A stretch of 44,812 nucleotides of DNA from Myxococcota bacterium (GTDB lineage Bacteria > Myxococcota > UBA4151). Below, piece by piece: positions 9,651-19,729 of this stretch (positions within the stretch are counted from its first letter, which is position 1; each line of letters starts with the position of its first letter). A program made the position numbers and the translations under genes. The notes below the pieces were generated by a model. The model did not search any database, was not told where the DNA came from, and saw nothing but the letters and a program-made list of their open reading frames with translations. The stretch spans positions 1 to 44,812 of the forward strand of contig JAYZBQ010000072.1 of NCBI GenBank assembly GCA_036338695.1. The letters are read 5' to 3'.

Positions 9651-10117
9651 AGCTCGATGACGACCAGCTGGTTCAGCGTCTCTGCCTTGCGACCGCGTAT
9701 GTAGCGCCCGCGGTAGTCGAGCCGGCGCGGCTTGCGCTGAAAAGTGCGAAACACCTCACCCGTCTGTCGGTGCGCCAGCGCAAAGCGCCCCGGCGGCAGG
9801 CGGCCTGTCTGCGTTCGAGCGTTGGTCGATGCGCCCAAAGCCTCGGCGATAGCACGCCACTCTTTCCCGTGACTCCGCACCCGCCCATGCCGCTCAAAGG
9901 TGAGGGCGTGCGCCAGCTCATGCAGGATCGTGTCCAGAACGTGCGCCTCTTCATTGAGCTCGGTCAGCAAGCGGCTCAAGGTGATGCGTTTACGCTGCGG
10001 CCAGCACGCACCAAACCGCTGCCGTGCGCGGTCCCAACCCGCTGTCCATCCCAGCGCCTTGAGCCCCGTGCGCTCCAGCCGCTCCTCCAGCAGTTCCATG
10101 GCGACCTGAAGATCCAT
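9647..10117 (-). CDS. SprT-like zinc metalloprotease domain protein
   Basis: RFGAC...ITLS, TILHELAHAL (HExxH) and HGKEW motifs. Confidence 0.85.
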   Translation of the reverse strand: MDLQVAMELLEERLERTGLKALGWTAGWDRARQRFGACWPQRKRITLSRLLTELNEEAHVLDTILHELAHALTFERHGRVRSHGKEWRAIAEALGASTNARTQTGRLPPGRFALAHRQTGEVFRTFQRKPRRLDYRGRYIRGRKAETLNQLVVIEL

Positions 10118-10141
10118 CTCGAGCCTCTCGCGCTTAGGAGC

Positions 10142-11560
10142 CTAAGCCTTGGCAGCGTCCTCGCAGGCGCTGACGATCTCTTCAAAGGCTTGATCGACCA
10201 GGTCCTGGGTCAGGTCAAAGTTGGTCAGGACGACGCGCCAGCATGGCTGCCCACCCAAGCGGGCAAAGTTGACCAACAAGCGACCGCTGCGCACCAGCTC
10301 CTGGCGAGCTGCGAGCAGGATGCGGTCGAGTTGCTCGCGCTCCGTCACACCTGGCGGCTGATAGCGAAAACAGATGTTGAGGCTGGCGACCGGTGCCACC
10401 ATCGCAAAGTCTGGATGCTGCGCCACGCGCGCCGCCAGGTGCTGCGCCATCTCGAAGAGATGCTCGATACGCTGCGCAAACCCCTCGCGACCGTACACTT
10501 TCCACGCCAGCCACAGCTTAAGCGCATCGACGCGCCGCCCGCACTGCAGCGACATGGGGCCGAGGTCTCCATCCTCCGAGCCGTGAAAGATGTAATCCTC
10601 ACCCCCGACACCGTTCATCTTCAGCAGCAGGTTCGGGTCGCGCATCAAGATGGTGCTGCAGACCAGCGGCAAACCCATCATCTTGTGTTGATCCCACGTG
10701 ATCGAGTCGGCTCGCTCGCAGCCAGCCATCAGCCCGCGCAGACGCTCGGACATGAGCACCGAGCCCCCCCAGGCACCATCCACATGGAACCAGAGCCCCT
10801 CGTCCTCGCAGACGTCAGCGATCGCCTCGAGCGGGTCAAAGGCGCCGAGCACCGTCGTCCCTGCCGTGGCGCCCACACAGAACGGTCGGGCACCCGCGGC
10901 GCGCTCCTGCGCGACCAAGCGCCGCAGCGCGTCCACGTCCATGCGCCCCTCAGCGTCGCTCGGGACGGCGACGACGTTGCGCGTGCCCAACCCCAGTACA
11001 TGGGCGGCCTTCGTAAAGCTGTAGTGGCATTGATCCGACACAAACAAACGCAAGGTTCGCCCATCGATGCCCTGAGTTTGTGACGCGGGTTCCAGGCGAT
11101 AACGCGCCGCCATCAGCGCCACCAAGTTGGCGTTGCTCCCGCCCGTCACGAACAACCCGCCACCGTTCGGGAACCCTGCCAGCTCACACAAGCGCTTGAT
11201 CAACGCCTTCTCAACGAGGGTCGCCACTGGCGCGACCTCGTAGGTGAACATGGACGTGTTGCTCGCCGCCGTCGCCATCTCACCGATCAAGCCGGGCAAC
11301 GAGAACCCGCTCCAGAGCTGGTTCATGTAGCGCCAGTGGCCGGTCCGCACGCTGTGATCCAGGTAGGTCTGCGCGTGTCCCACCAGCGCCGACTCGCCCT
11401 CACCGTGTTCGGGCAGCGAGACATCGACCGCCTCGCGCAGCTCGGCGGGCGGTCGATAAGCTTGAAGCTCCGTCGAGGGATCCAGCGAAGCGGCCAAGTA
11501 CGTTTTGAGCACCTCGTTGAAGTTGTTGAGCGTCGCTTCGGTCCGGCTGGTCATCATCAC
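10142..11560 (-). CDS. Group II PLP-dependent amino-acid decarboxylase (GAD/CSAD-like)
   Basis: TYEVAPV, GGSNAN, HYSFTKAA, ATAGTTVLGAFDPL, HVDGAWGG, DQHKMMG (PLP lysine) and LQCGRRVDALKLW. Confidence 0.9.
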   Translation of the reverse strand: MMMTSRTEATLNNFNEVLKTYLAASLDPSTELQAYRPPAELREAVDVSLPEHGEGESALVGHAQTYLDHSVRTGHWRYMNQLWSGFSLPGLIGEMATAASNTSMFTYEVAPVATLVEKALIKRLCELAGFPNGGGLFVTGGSNANLVALMAARYRLEPASQTQGIDGRTLRLFVSDQCHYSFTKAAHVLGLGTRNVVAVPSDAEGRMDVDALRRLVAQERAAGARPFCVGATAGTTVLGAFDPLEAIADVCEDEGLWFHVDGAWGGSVLMSERLRGLMAGCERADSITWDQHKMMGLPLVCSTILMRDPNLLLKMNGVGGEDYIFHGSEDGDLGPMSLQCGRRVDALKLWLAWKVYGREGFAQRIEHLFEMAQHLAARVAQHPDFAMVAPVASLNICFRYQPPGVTEREQLDRILLAARQELVRSGRLLVNFARLGGQPCWRVVLTNFDLTQDLVDQAFEEIVSACEDAAKA

Positions 11561-11687
11561 CTCTCACACCGCCCCTTTGGCATAGATGAGCACCGAGGTG
11601 TTGCCCTATTTTAAGATCGAGCGATCGAGAACTCTGGGCAAAGCGGCGCGCGTTGCATAGCAGAGATCCAACAGCGGTGAGTGACCC

Positions 11688-12479
11688 ATGAGCCGAGACA
11701 GCCTCCAACACGCCAAAACCATCGTGATCAAAGTGGGAACGGCCGTGGTGACACGCACCGACGGGCGGCTTGCCCTGTTGCGCCTCGGCGCCCTCGTCGA
11801 GGCGATTCATGCGCTGCGCAGCACTCACCGGCGTGTGGTCTTGGTGAGCTCGGGCTCGATCGGGCTCGGCGCCAGCTACCTGGGGCTAGATCGACCCGTT
11901 CCAGCAGCAGATTGCCCGGCGGCGGCGGCGGCTGGACAGAGCCTGCTGATGGAGAAGTACCGCCAGCTCTTCGGGCACCTCGACATGAGCTGCGCGCAGG
12001 TCCTTCTCACCGAGGAGGACTTCGCCAACACGGACCGCCAACGCAACCTAGCTGCCACCCTTGACCGGCTGCTTGAGCTCGAGACCGTGCCCATCGTCAA
12101 CGAAAACGACGCCGTCACCTCGGCGATCAAGACCGAGGACAAGATGGGTGTCTTTTACGACAACGACCGGCTCGCAGGGCTCACCGCCTCGGCCGTCGGC
12201 GCCGACGCGCTGGTTATCTTGTCCAACGTGGACGCCCTCTACACAGGACCGCCGAGCGACCCGAACAGCGAGCGGCTGGCGGTTGATGACCCGGAGCGGG
12301 TCATCCGCTTCGGCGACCACAGCGCGCTCGGTCGCGGCGGGATGCAATCCAAACTGCTCGCGGCGCGGCGGGCGGCACAGAGCGGCATCGCCGTCGTGAT
12401 CGCCTCAGGGAGTGACCCCAGCGCCCTCGAGCGCGTCTTGCAAGGCGCTGATGTCGGCACCTACTTTCCGCCCAGCTAG
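11688..12479 (+). CDS. proB: Glutamate 5-kinase (short form, no PUA domain)
   Basis: IVIKVGT, LVSSGSI, AAAGQS, PIVNENDAV, DNDRLA and GRGGMQSKL motifs; 263 aa. Confidence 0.9.
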   Translation: MSRDSLQHAKTIVIKVGTAVVTRTDGRLALLRLGALVEAIHALRSTHRRVVLVSSGSIGLGASYLGLDRPVPAADCPAAAAAGQSLLMEKYRQLFGHLDMSCAQVLLTEEDFANTDRQRNLAATLDRLLELETVPIVNENDAVTSAIKTEDKMGVFYDNDRLAGLTASAVGADALVILSNVDALYTGPPSDPNSERLAVDDPERVIRFGDHSALGRGGMQSKLLAARRAAQSGIAVVIASGSDPSALERVLQGADVGTYFPPS

Positions 12480-14494
12480 AGACGATAAGTGCGGCTGAGC
12501 CAGCGCGAACCGAGCTTGAGCATCATCCGCTGTGCGCCCTCGGGAACTCGGAGATACCAGCCGTCGTCTCGGCGCTCAGGCTCCAGCAGCTCATTGAGTG
12601 GCTCCACCCAGACACGCACCTCTTGCGCAGGCGCCTGCTCGGTTAACCGGATACGCAACATCGACCCTTGACGGGCGAGGCGTAACCACTCGGGCTCTTC
12701 GACCACCACAGCGCCTGTGGACTCACCACAATCAAACGGTACGATGGCGCCGGAGGGGAAGCGCAGCTGCCCCGAGCGCCAAGGGCTCACGACAAAGGGT
12801 GATGCCCCTGCGCGAAGCTGCCCCTGCACGTCCCAGCTGCGCGGGATCCCGTCATCACCGATCAGGTCATGCCCCATGCCAAAGGCGCTGACGTAGCGAT
12901 CCTTTGGAACCAACGTGCAGCGCGGCGCAGCGCCACCGAGGACCGGCACCTCACGATGGATACGCAGGCGGCCGTCCACCCCGAACTGGATCAGCTCGAG
13001 CATCCCGTCCGAGTCGAGGTCCGCCTTAAGGAGCCCCCGCCCTGCGTATGGGTTAGCCCAATGGCTGCTGTCCTCGCGGCTAAAGGTCTCGATCCCGACG
13101 TCCTCGCTGTGGAGGCTGAAGCGAGCCCCGTCCCGCTGGATCAACACGGCGTCAAAATGCGCCTCGTAGATCGACGGGTCGTCGCTCAAGAGCGACCCTT
13201 GGCTCACCACGAGATCGTCCCGCCCATCTCGGTTGAAGTCGTCCACCACGACACCCCATGCGATCCAAGGCAGCTGATCGCTCAAACCGGCGAGGTCCGC
13301 GTTGGCTTCTTGGGCGCGATCGTTCGGCGGCGACGAGCCGAGCTCGACCAAGCGATTGGCGCCGATATCCGTGACATAGAGGTGGGGACCAAGCCCCTCA
13401 AGCACGGCGATGCCGGCACCCATATAGTTCCCAGCAGCCTTCTCGTAGCGTCCCAGGCGATAGGGGCGGTAGCGGCACGACTCATCCGGCGCGCAGGCGA
13501 TGTAGACACCGCCCGGGTCATCGGGCGGGAGGTTCCCTTGAAGCTGATCCTCACAGACCAAGAGGTCGAGCAAGCCGTCATCGTTGACGTCAGCGCCTCC
13601 AAGCCCCAGCGTGACGGCGTGGGCGTGCAAAAGAAGAGGCCGAGCCCGGTCCCACTCTGAGCGCTCGAGCAGGTCGAAGCCCCCATCCGATCTCTGCAAA
13701 AACACAAGGTGATAGACGGCGTTGGGAGGCTCGTTAATCGGACCGTGCTGGCAGCCGAGGACCAGATCGACCAACCCGTCACGGTTGATGTCGGCGCTCA
13801 GCCCAGCCCCGGCGTTGCAGTTGGCGCGCCCGTCCTCTTCAGGGACCAGCGCCCGCAGATCGATCACGCGCCGCTCCGGATGAAAGCGGTGAAGCTCCAT
13901 CAAGCGCACCCCGGTGACCAGCAGCTCATGGTAGCCGTCCCCCTCGAGGTCCAGCCCGAAACCCGAATGGGGCATCTCGTCACGGGGCTCGCACAAGCCG
14001 TCGACCGGGACGAACTCATAATGTGTAGGCCGCGAGCGGTTCTCGAAGACACACGCAGGGGTGACCTCAAAGTCACCATAGCCCTGCGTCCCCAAGAAGA
14101 GGTCGAGATCATGGTCGCCGTCCATGTCGAAGAGCGCGCCGCCAAACCCAAGGTTACCGATGACGGACGAGAACTCCATACCGGTCCCACCGACGACCGG
14201 CATCCCAGACCAGTGATCGTGCAAGCCGGCGATCCGGACGCGCTCGAACAAGAAGCCTTGCTCGGCCTCGGGGCGTGGCAGACATGCGCCCTCCACACAG
14301 CGACCCTGCGCGCTGCAGTCGGCATGTGCTGAGCACTCGAACACCTCGCCTGCGTCCTCGAGCGACCCGGTGTCCCATGTGCCGGCATCGGGGAGCACGA
14401 CCCCTGCGTCGTGCGGCTCAGGTTGCGGCTCACTCGCCGCCGTGCACGCGACACAAAGCGCCCACCAAGCCATCAGACACGTCGACCTCAGCAT
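12476..14494 (-). CDS. FG-GAP/VCBS repeat lipoprotein (CRTAC1/ASPIC-UnbV-like)
   Basis: Lipobox CVAC; repeated DxxxDGxxD motifs (DMDGDHDLDL, DINRDGLVDL, DVNDDGLLDL, DFNRDGRDDL, DLDSDGMLEL). Confidence 0.8.
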   Translation of the reverse strand: MLRSTCLMAWWALCVACTAASEPQPEPHDAGVVLPDAGTWDTGSLEDAGEVFECSAHADCSAQGRCVEGACLPRPEAEQGFLFERVRIAGLHDHWSGMPVVGGTGMEFSSVIGNLGFGGALFDMDGDHDLDLFLGTQGYGDFEVTPACVFENRSRPTHYEFVPVDGLCEPRDEMPHSGFGLDLEGDGYHELLVTGVRLMELHRFHPERRVIDLRALVPEEDGRANCNAGAGLSADINRDGLVDLVLGCQHGPINEPPNAVYHLVFLQRSDGGFDLLERSEWDRARPLLLHAHAVTLGLGGADVNDDGLLDLLVCEDQLQGNLPPDDPGGVYIACAPDESCRYRPYRLGRYEKAAGNYMGAGIAVLEGLGPHLYVTDIGANRLVELGSSPPNDRAQEANADLAGLSDQLPWIAWGVVVDDFNRDGRDDLVVSQGSLLSDDPSIYEAHFDAVLIQRDGARFSLHSEDVGIETFSREDSSHWANPYAGRGLLKADLDSDGMLELIQFGVDGRLRIHREVPVLGGAAPRCTLVPKDRYVSAFGMGHDLIGDDGIPRSWDVQGQLRAGASPFVVSPWRSGQLRFPSGAIVPFDCGESTGAVVVEEPEWLRLARQGSMLRIRLTEQAPAQEVRVWVEPLNELLEPERRDDGWYLRVPEGAQRMMLKLGSRWLSRTYRL

Positions 14495-14569
14495 CCGCCA
14501 GCTCCTCGATCGTAAACTAGACGAAACGCTGCGCGCTGACCACTTCCGCTCACCGGACGCCCCGCGCGC

Positions 14570-16456
14570 CTATTTGGTGGTCATGGTCCACACGCCATCC
14601 CAATCGGGCGCTGGAGGCGATGCGATGAAGGCAGCGCAGCGGTCGACATAGAGCTGCGTCACTTTGTCGCCCGGGTGAAGCTGCAGCGCCTTTTGAAAAC
14701 TCTGCTGCGCTTGATCAAACGAGCGCCCTTTGTAGTATTCGGTGCCGATATGAAAGTGGTGCAACACCGCATCGCGGTTGGGAAAGGCCTGCTCGGGGTA
14801 AGCCGCGGTCCAGTCGAGCGCTTCGTACACGGCGACCGGTTCGGTCTTGCCCTTGACCCGCAGCAGATCGACCTCCCTGAGCACATACCCCTTCTGGAGC
14901 GCCGCCACCGTGCTCTCGCTGATCAAAATCTTGGCGCCGTAGGTCTTGGTGGCGCCTTCGAGGCGTGCGGCAAGGTTCACCCCATCGCCGATGACGGTGT
15001 AATCCATCCGACGAGAACTTCCGATGTTTCCACAGACAACCTCACCGGTGTTCAGGCCGATCCCGATCTCCACGGGCGCTTTACCATCCATCAAGCGCAG
15101 CTGGTTGAAGTGCCCGAGCGCCATGTGCATGTTCAGCGCCGCAGTCAGCGCGTTGTCGGCGTCCCTGCCGGTGGCGAAGGGCGCACCGAAAACCGCCATG
15201 ATGGCGTCGCCGATGTATTTGTCGAGGATGCCGTCGTTGCTCATGATCTGATCGACCATAATACCAAAGTACTCGTTGAGCATCTGCACCGTTTCAACAG
15301 GACCCACCTGCTCTGAGAGCGAGGTGAACGAGCGGATATCCGAGAACAGCACGGTGGTCTCTTGGAGCGTCCCACCGAGCGCTGACTCACCGTCTTCGAG
15401 CAGGCGGTCAGCGACCTCCTTGGGCATGTAGCGCGCCATCGTTGACTTCAGACGCTTTTCGCCGGTGATGTCCTCGATCACCACCAACGCACCGATGCCC
15501 TCACCCTTGGCGCTCATGAGCGGCTGGACGGTGAAATTACAGTTGAGCTCCTCGGGGTCCTCGGCGGTCCCGCCCAGATGCAAACGGGTGTCGAGGTTGG
15601 AGTCTTCCCCGCCCTCTTGGATGACCTTACGCACCATCTCGGCAGCCCATGCGTTTTGGTCGACAAAGAGCGCCTCGACGCTCCTGCCCAGCGCAGCGTC
15701 CAGCGTACCCAGGCGCAGCACCGACAAGGCAGCGCGGTTGGCTTTGGTGACCCGCCCTTGTGCGTCGATCGTCACCAGCCCGTTTGCCATCGACTGCAAC
15801 ACCGCCTCGTTGAAGTTCTTGACGTTCATGACCTCTTCAAAGAGCTGCGCATTCTCAAGCGCCACAGCCGCTTGGGCGGTAAAGGCGCGCAGATTGCGCT
15901 CGTCGGCGTGATCAAAGACGACCTCTTCGACCGCCTCGCCCTCCCCGGCTTGCTTGTTCAAAACTTGGATGACGCCGATAGCTTTACCCGCCTTGGTCCG
16001 CACCTGTTGGCACAAGATGGTGCGCGTGCGGTAACCGGTCTTTTTATCGACGGCTTGATTAAAGCGGCGGTCTGCGTAGGCGTCCGTGATGTTGATGGTC
16101 TTTCCGTTTGAGAAGACGCTCCCTGCGATCCCGGCTGACGATGGAAAGCGGATGATCTGCGACTCCTCGAGCCCGAGCGCCACGTCGCTCCAGAGCTCGT
16201 CATGCGCCTCGTCGTAGAGAAACAGCGTGGCGCGATCTGCGCTCAGGATCTCGCAGACCGCCTCGATGATCTTAAGCAGCAAAGGGCGGAGCTGCAGCTC
16301 TTCGGAGATCGCCGTGGTCACCTCGAGCAAGCGCCCTTCACGCTTGTGCACAAAGGTCATACGCTCGTTCACTCGTGCGCGCAGCTGCTGCTTGAAGACG
16401 AAGAAACTAACCACCGCCGTGACCAAGACGCCGATTCCTACACCGATTCCAGTCAT
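14570..16456 (-). CDS. Class III adenylate cyclase, TM-GAF-PAS-cyclase-TPR
   Basis: N-terminal hydrophobic helix; GAF with FNQAVDKKTGYRT and NK...FDHADE; PAS; FSDIRSF, DKYIGDA, MDYTVIGDGVNLAARLE; TPR-like tail. Confidence 0.9.
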   Translation of the reverse strand: MTGIGVGIGVLVTAVVSFFVFKQQLRARVNERMTFVHKREGRLLEVTTAISEELQLRPLLLKIIEAVCEILSADRATLFLYDEAHDELWSDVALGLEESQIIRFPSSAGIAGSVFSNGKTINITDAYADRRFNQAVDKKTGYRTRTILCQQVRTKAGKAIGVIQVLNKQAGEGEAVEEVVFDHADERNLRAFTAQAAVALENAQLFEEVMNVKNFNEAVLQSMANGLVTIDAQGRVTKANRAALSVLRLGTLDAALGRSVEALFVDQNAWAAEMVRKVIQEGGEDSNLDTRLHLGGTAEDPEELNCNFTVQPLMSAKGEGIGALVVIEDITGEKRLKSTMARYMPKEVADRLLEDGESALGGTLQETTVLFSDIRSFTSLSEQVGPVETVQMLNEYFGIMVDQIMSNDGILDKYIGDAIMAVFGAPFATGRDADNALTAALNMHMALGHFNQLRLMDGKAPVEIGIGLNTGEVVCGNIGSSRRMDYTVIGDGVNLAARLEGATKTYGAKILISESTVAALQKGYVLREVDLLRVKGKTEPVAVYEALDWTAAYPEQAFPNRDAVLHHFHIGTEYYKGRSFDQAQQSFQKALQLHPGDKVTQLYVDRCAAFIASPPAPDWDGVWTMTTK

Positions 16457-16649
16457 TGCGCGCTCCCTATGTCGCCGGCTTAGCTACCACGACCTAACGC
16501 GCCTACTCCGACACGGAAACCCCCCATGTCCAGAGAGTCCGCTGCGTAGGGGGCAAGACAGGCATGGAGCAGCTTGCGCACGCAAGAACCATGCGGACAT
16601 ACCACCGGCCGCCCAACCCTCAAGACCGGCGGCGGCGCGTCGAGGCGCT

Positions 16650-17438
16650 CTAGAACTTGAGCGTCACCCCGACAAACCCGGAGACGCCGAAGGTGCCGCC
16701 TTCAGGGGTCATGTTGGCTTGCTCAAGGCTCCCCATCTCAGGTTTCTTGATGGCGGGGTCATCGCCGTCGATCCGGACGCGCTCGTCGACATCTTGGGTG
16801 TCGACGTCATCACGCCCTGCGACGATCGAAAAGCCACTAAACTGACCCTGTTGAACGCTCGCCTCACCGCGGATCGCCAGCTTCTTGCTGATCCAAAGCT
16901 CGCCGAGGACCCCGGCGCTCGCCATCACGCCGTTGATCGATGCGTTGAGCGGGTCCCCCTCGTTAATGGTCCGCTCGGCGTCCAGGATCACCGGGCCGGT
17001 CGCGCCGGGTAGAAGCGTGGCTTCGCCAAGGTCTGCGCCGCCTGTGATCACGCCGACGCGCAGCGGCACCCCGATCGTGAAGTTGCGTTGCTTGACGCGA
17101 ATGTCGGCTCCGACCAGCACAGCGCCGCCCGTCACGCCATTGACCGCCCCGGCGTAGACATCAAAGGCGCCCAGGACGATACCACGGCCGAAGGTTGCGC
17201 CGAGCTTGAGGGCCGGCAGCAAGCCCGCGCCGTCCGTGTTGTGCGAGCCCAGCGCCAAGTTCAAGCGCCCCTCAGCCGTCTGCGTATCCCCGTCGCTCAG
17301 GTGCACATCGCTCAGCCCAGAGATCTGCAACGGGAAGACACCCAGCCCGATCGAGAAGGAGTTCACCGGCGCGCGCCGGCGAGCCTCAGCTGCTTGAGGG
17401 GCTGCGAGCAGCACACCGAGGAGAGCAAATCGGATCAT
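16650..17438 (-). CDS. Exported protein, probable outer-membrane beta-barrel
   Basis: Signal peptide MIRFALLGVLLAAPQAAEA; Gly-rich amphipathic strands; C-terminal GFVGVTLKF ending in Phe. Start moved to ATG 17438. Confidence 0.65.
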   Translation of the reverse strand: MIRFALLGVLLAAPQAAEARRRAPVNSFSIGLGVFPLQISGLSDVHLSDGDTQTAEGRLNLALGSHNTDGAGLLPALKLGATFGRGIVLGAFDVYAGAVNGVTGGAVLVGADIRVKQRNFTIGVPLRVGVITGGADLGEATLLPGATGPVILDAERTINEGDPLNASINGVMASAGVLGELWISKKLAIRGEASVQQGQFSGFSIVAGRDDVDTQDVDERVRIDGDDPAIKKPEMGSLEQANMTPEGGTFGVSGFVGVTLKF

Positions 17439-17583
17439 GAGGGTTCCCTTTCGGCGCAAGGCGCTGCGCGTCGTTCCGCGAACTAGCCGATGAAGACCGC
17501 GCCTGTAAAGCGACCGCGCAACCGCCAGCGATTGACGCCCGCCTCGGCCGCTTGCCACAGTGCGCCGGCTAAAGGAGCACCAC

Positions 17584-19695
17584 ATGCGCAGCGTCCTCAT
17601 GTTCGTTGGGTCCATCACAGCAGTCGGCTGTGCCCACGTCACCCCCCACGCAGCGGACCCTCTCCCGGTCCAGCGGGTCGTCCTCTACCAGAACGGTATC
17701 GCCTACTTCGAGCGCAGCGGGACCGTGCACGGGGACACCTTGCGACTGGCGGTACGCCCCGAGCAGATCAACGACCTGCTGACCTCCCTCACCGTGATCG
17801 ATCGAGCGGGTGGACAGAGCCAGTCGATCAGCCTGCCGATCGACAAGACCGCGGCGCAGCGCCTCGACGAGCTGCCGCCACAAGTTCGCCAAAGCGGCGG
17901 ATTGCTCAGCCTCTTGCAAGCCTTTCGAGGGGCGCGGCTCGCCGTGACGACCCGAGACCGACTCGGCGAGCTCAGCGGGCGCGTCGTCGGCATCGAGGAG
18001 GGCGCCTCGGAGAACCACCTGGCGCTCGCAAGCGATGGCGTCATCGCCAACATCAAGCTCAGCGCCATCACGCGGGTCAAGGTCCTCGACCGCCCCCTCC
18101 AAGTCGGCTTGCAGAAGGTCCTCGATCACAGCCTCAACCAAGGCCAGTGGAAGCCTGTCGAGCTAGCGGTCCGCTTTGATCACGCCGGCCGGCACGACCT
18201 CTTGGTGAGCTACGTCGCCGAGATGCCGACCTGGAAACCAGCGTATCGGCTGGTGCTCGGTGACGCCCAAGAAGGCGCCCTGCTCCAAGGGTGGGCGGTC
18301 GTGGACAACACGAGCGGTGAAGACTGGAATCAGGTCGAACTCTCGCTCTCAAGCGGCTCGCCGATCAGCTTCCGCTACGACCTCCACAAGCCGCATTTCG
18401 TCCAGCGCCCATCGATCGGCGTGCAACATGGGCAAGCCAATGCGCCCGTCGCTGCAGCCGCCGTCGGTTCAGCGGACAAAGTCAAAGAGCGGATGATGCT
18501 CGGTGGTGCGCCGAGCCCCCGCGCTTCCTCCATGGGCCTCAGTGGAGAGGCTCTCATCGGTGGCATGGGTCGCGCCAAGGCTGCTAAGAGCGCACGCCGA
18601 GCGCTCCGTAGGGGCGCCTCGGGCAGCGCAAGCGGCGCCTACAAGGCACGGGGGAAGGTCAGCATCGCGGACTATGCGGGCGCCGTAGGCAGCGGCGCCA
18701 AGGGTGAGGCGATGCGTGGGCTCTTTCGCTATGATGTCCCGGGACGAGTGACCGTCCCTGACCGCTCGAGCACGCTCGTCAGCCTGGTCAACCGCACGAT
18801 CGACGGCGAGGACCTCTTGATCTACCGCCCTGACGCCGGGGGCGCTGCGCGCCACTACCCCTACCGCGCCGTACGCTTCAAGAATGACACCGGATACATG
18901 CTGCAAGGCGGCCCCGTCAGCGTCCTCTCAAAGGGCATGTTTGTGGGCTCAGGGGTCTTTGACCGGATCGAGGCGGACGCCGAGACCTTTCTGCCCTTCT
19001 CGCTCGAGCGCGGGATCTCGGTGAAGCGGGAGCAAAGGAGCGACGTGCGAGGCACCCGTTTGCTGGCGATCGTCGACGGGCGCGTCCGCTGTGAGACGCG
19101 CCAGCGTCGGACCCAGGTCTACGAGGTCCGTCGGCTCACCAAGGACGCACCCTCCAAGCTCTACGTGCGCGTGCTTCGGCGCTCGGGCTGGTCGCTCGTC
19201 GACCCACCCAAAGGAACCCGTACCCACGACGACGCATGGTACGTCCCCGCAACCATCCAAGCGGACACCAACAGCATCGAGATCACCGATGAGCAGACCA
19301 CGCCGCAAAACTACAATTGGGACCATCCTCTCGCGGCGGAGTCCCTCAAGCTGTTCCTAGCCGGTGACGCCGCGCCCGAGCTCAAAGCTGCGATCGAGAA
19401 GGTGCGCGCAGTCAACCAAGAGCTCGACGCGCTGAAGCGGCAGGCGAAGAGCTTGTCGGATCGCAGCAGCCGAATGCAAAAGGAGCAACAGCGCCTGCGG
19501 CGAAACATCGCAACGCTTGGCGAGGCGAAGATCAACCGACCTCTTGCGAAGAAGTTTGCGAAGCGGCTGGGCGACAACGAGGCGGCGATCGCCAAACTCT
19601 CTGCGCAGCTCGTCGAGGTCCAAGAGGCTATGGTCGCCAAACGGCAGGCGCTCAAGGTCCTGATCCGCGCCGTCCGGCTCGAGCCATCAAAGTGA
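17584..19695 (+). CDS. DUF4139-family lipoprotein with C-terminal coiled coil
   Basis: AAGGAG RBS; lipobox AVGC; RVVLYQNGIAYFER, PTWKPAYRL and LQGWAVVDNTSGEDW motifs; long heptad-rich C-terminus. Confidence 0.8.
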   Translation: MRSVLMFVGSITAVGCAHVTPHAADPLPVQRVVLYQNGIAYFERSGTVHGDTLRLAVRPEQINDLLTSLTVIDRAGGQSQSISLPIDKTAAQRLDELPPQVRQSGGLLSLLQAFRGARLAVTTRDRLGELSGRVVGIEEGASENHLALASDGVIANIKLSAITRVKVLDRPLQVGLQKVLDHSLNQGQWKPVELAVRFDHAGRHDLLVSYVAEMPTWKPAYRLVLGDAQEGALLQGWAVVDNTSGEDWNQVELSLSSGSPISFRYDLHKPHFVQRPSIGVQHGQANAPVAAAAVGSADKVKERMMLGGAPSPRASSMGLSGEALIGGMGRAKAAKSARRALRRGASGSASGAYKARGKVSIADYAGAVGSGAKGEAMRGLFRYDVPGRVTVPDRSSTLVSLVNRTIDGEDLLIYRPDAGGAARHYPYRAVRFKNDTGYMLQGGPVSVLSKGMFVGSGVFDRIEADAETFLPFSLERGISVKREQRSDVRGTRLLAIVDGRVRCETRQRRTQVYEVRRLTKDAPSKLYVRVLRRSGWSLVDPPKGTRTHDDAWYVPATIQADTNSIEITDEQTTPQNYNWDHPLAAESLKLFLAGDAAPELKAAIEKVRAVNQELDALKRQAKSLSDRSSRMQKEQQRLRRNIATLGEAKINRPLAKKFAKRLGDNEAAIAKLSAQLVEVQEAMVAKRQALKVLIRAVRLEPSK

Positions 19696-19729
19696 GCTCG
19701 CCCCAGCCGCTGAGCCAGACTCGGCCCTC

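Noticed and set aside
9770..11083. 437-aa plus-strand ORF, and similar long antisense ORFs (937-1869, 1676-2509, 7451-8398, 38071-38910, 43063-43947)
   Set aside because: Each overlaps a well-supported gene on the opposite strand. Long shadow ORFs are expected at high GC.
11578..11592. Sigma54-like TGGCA...GC upstream of proB
   Set aside because: GG-to-GC spacing is 9 nt rather than the required 10, and the TTGC element is absent.
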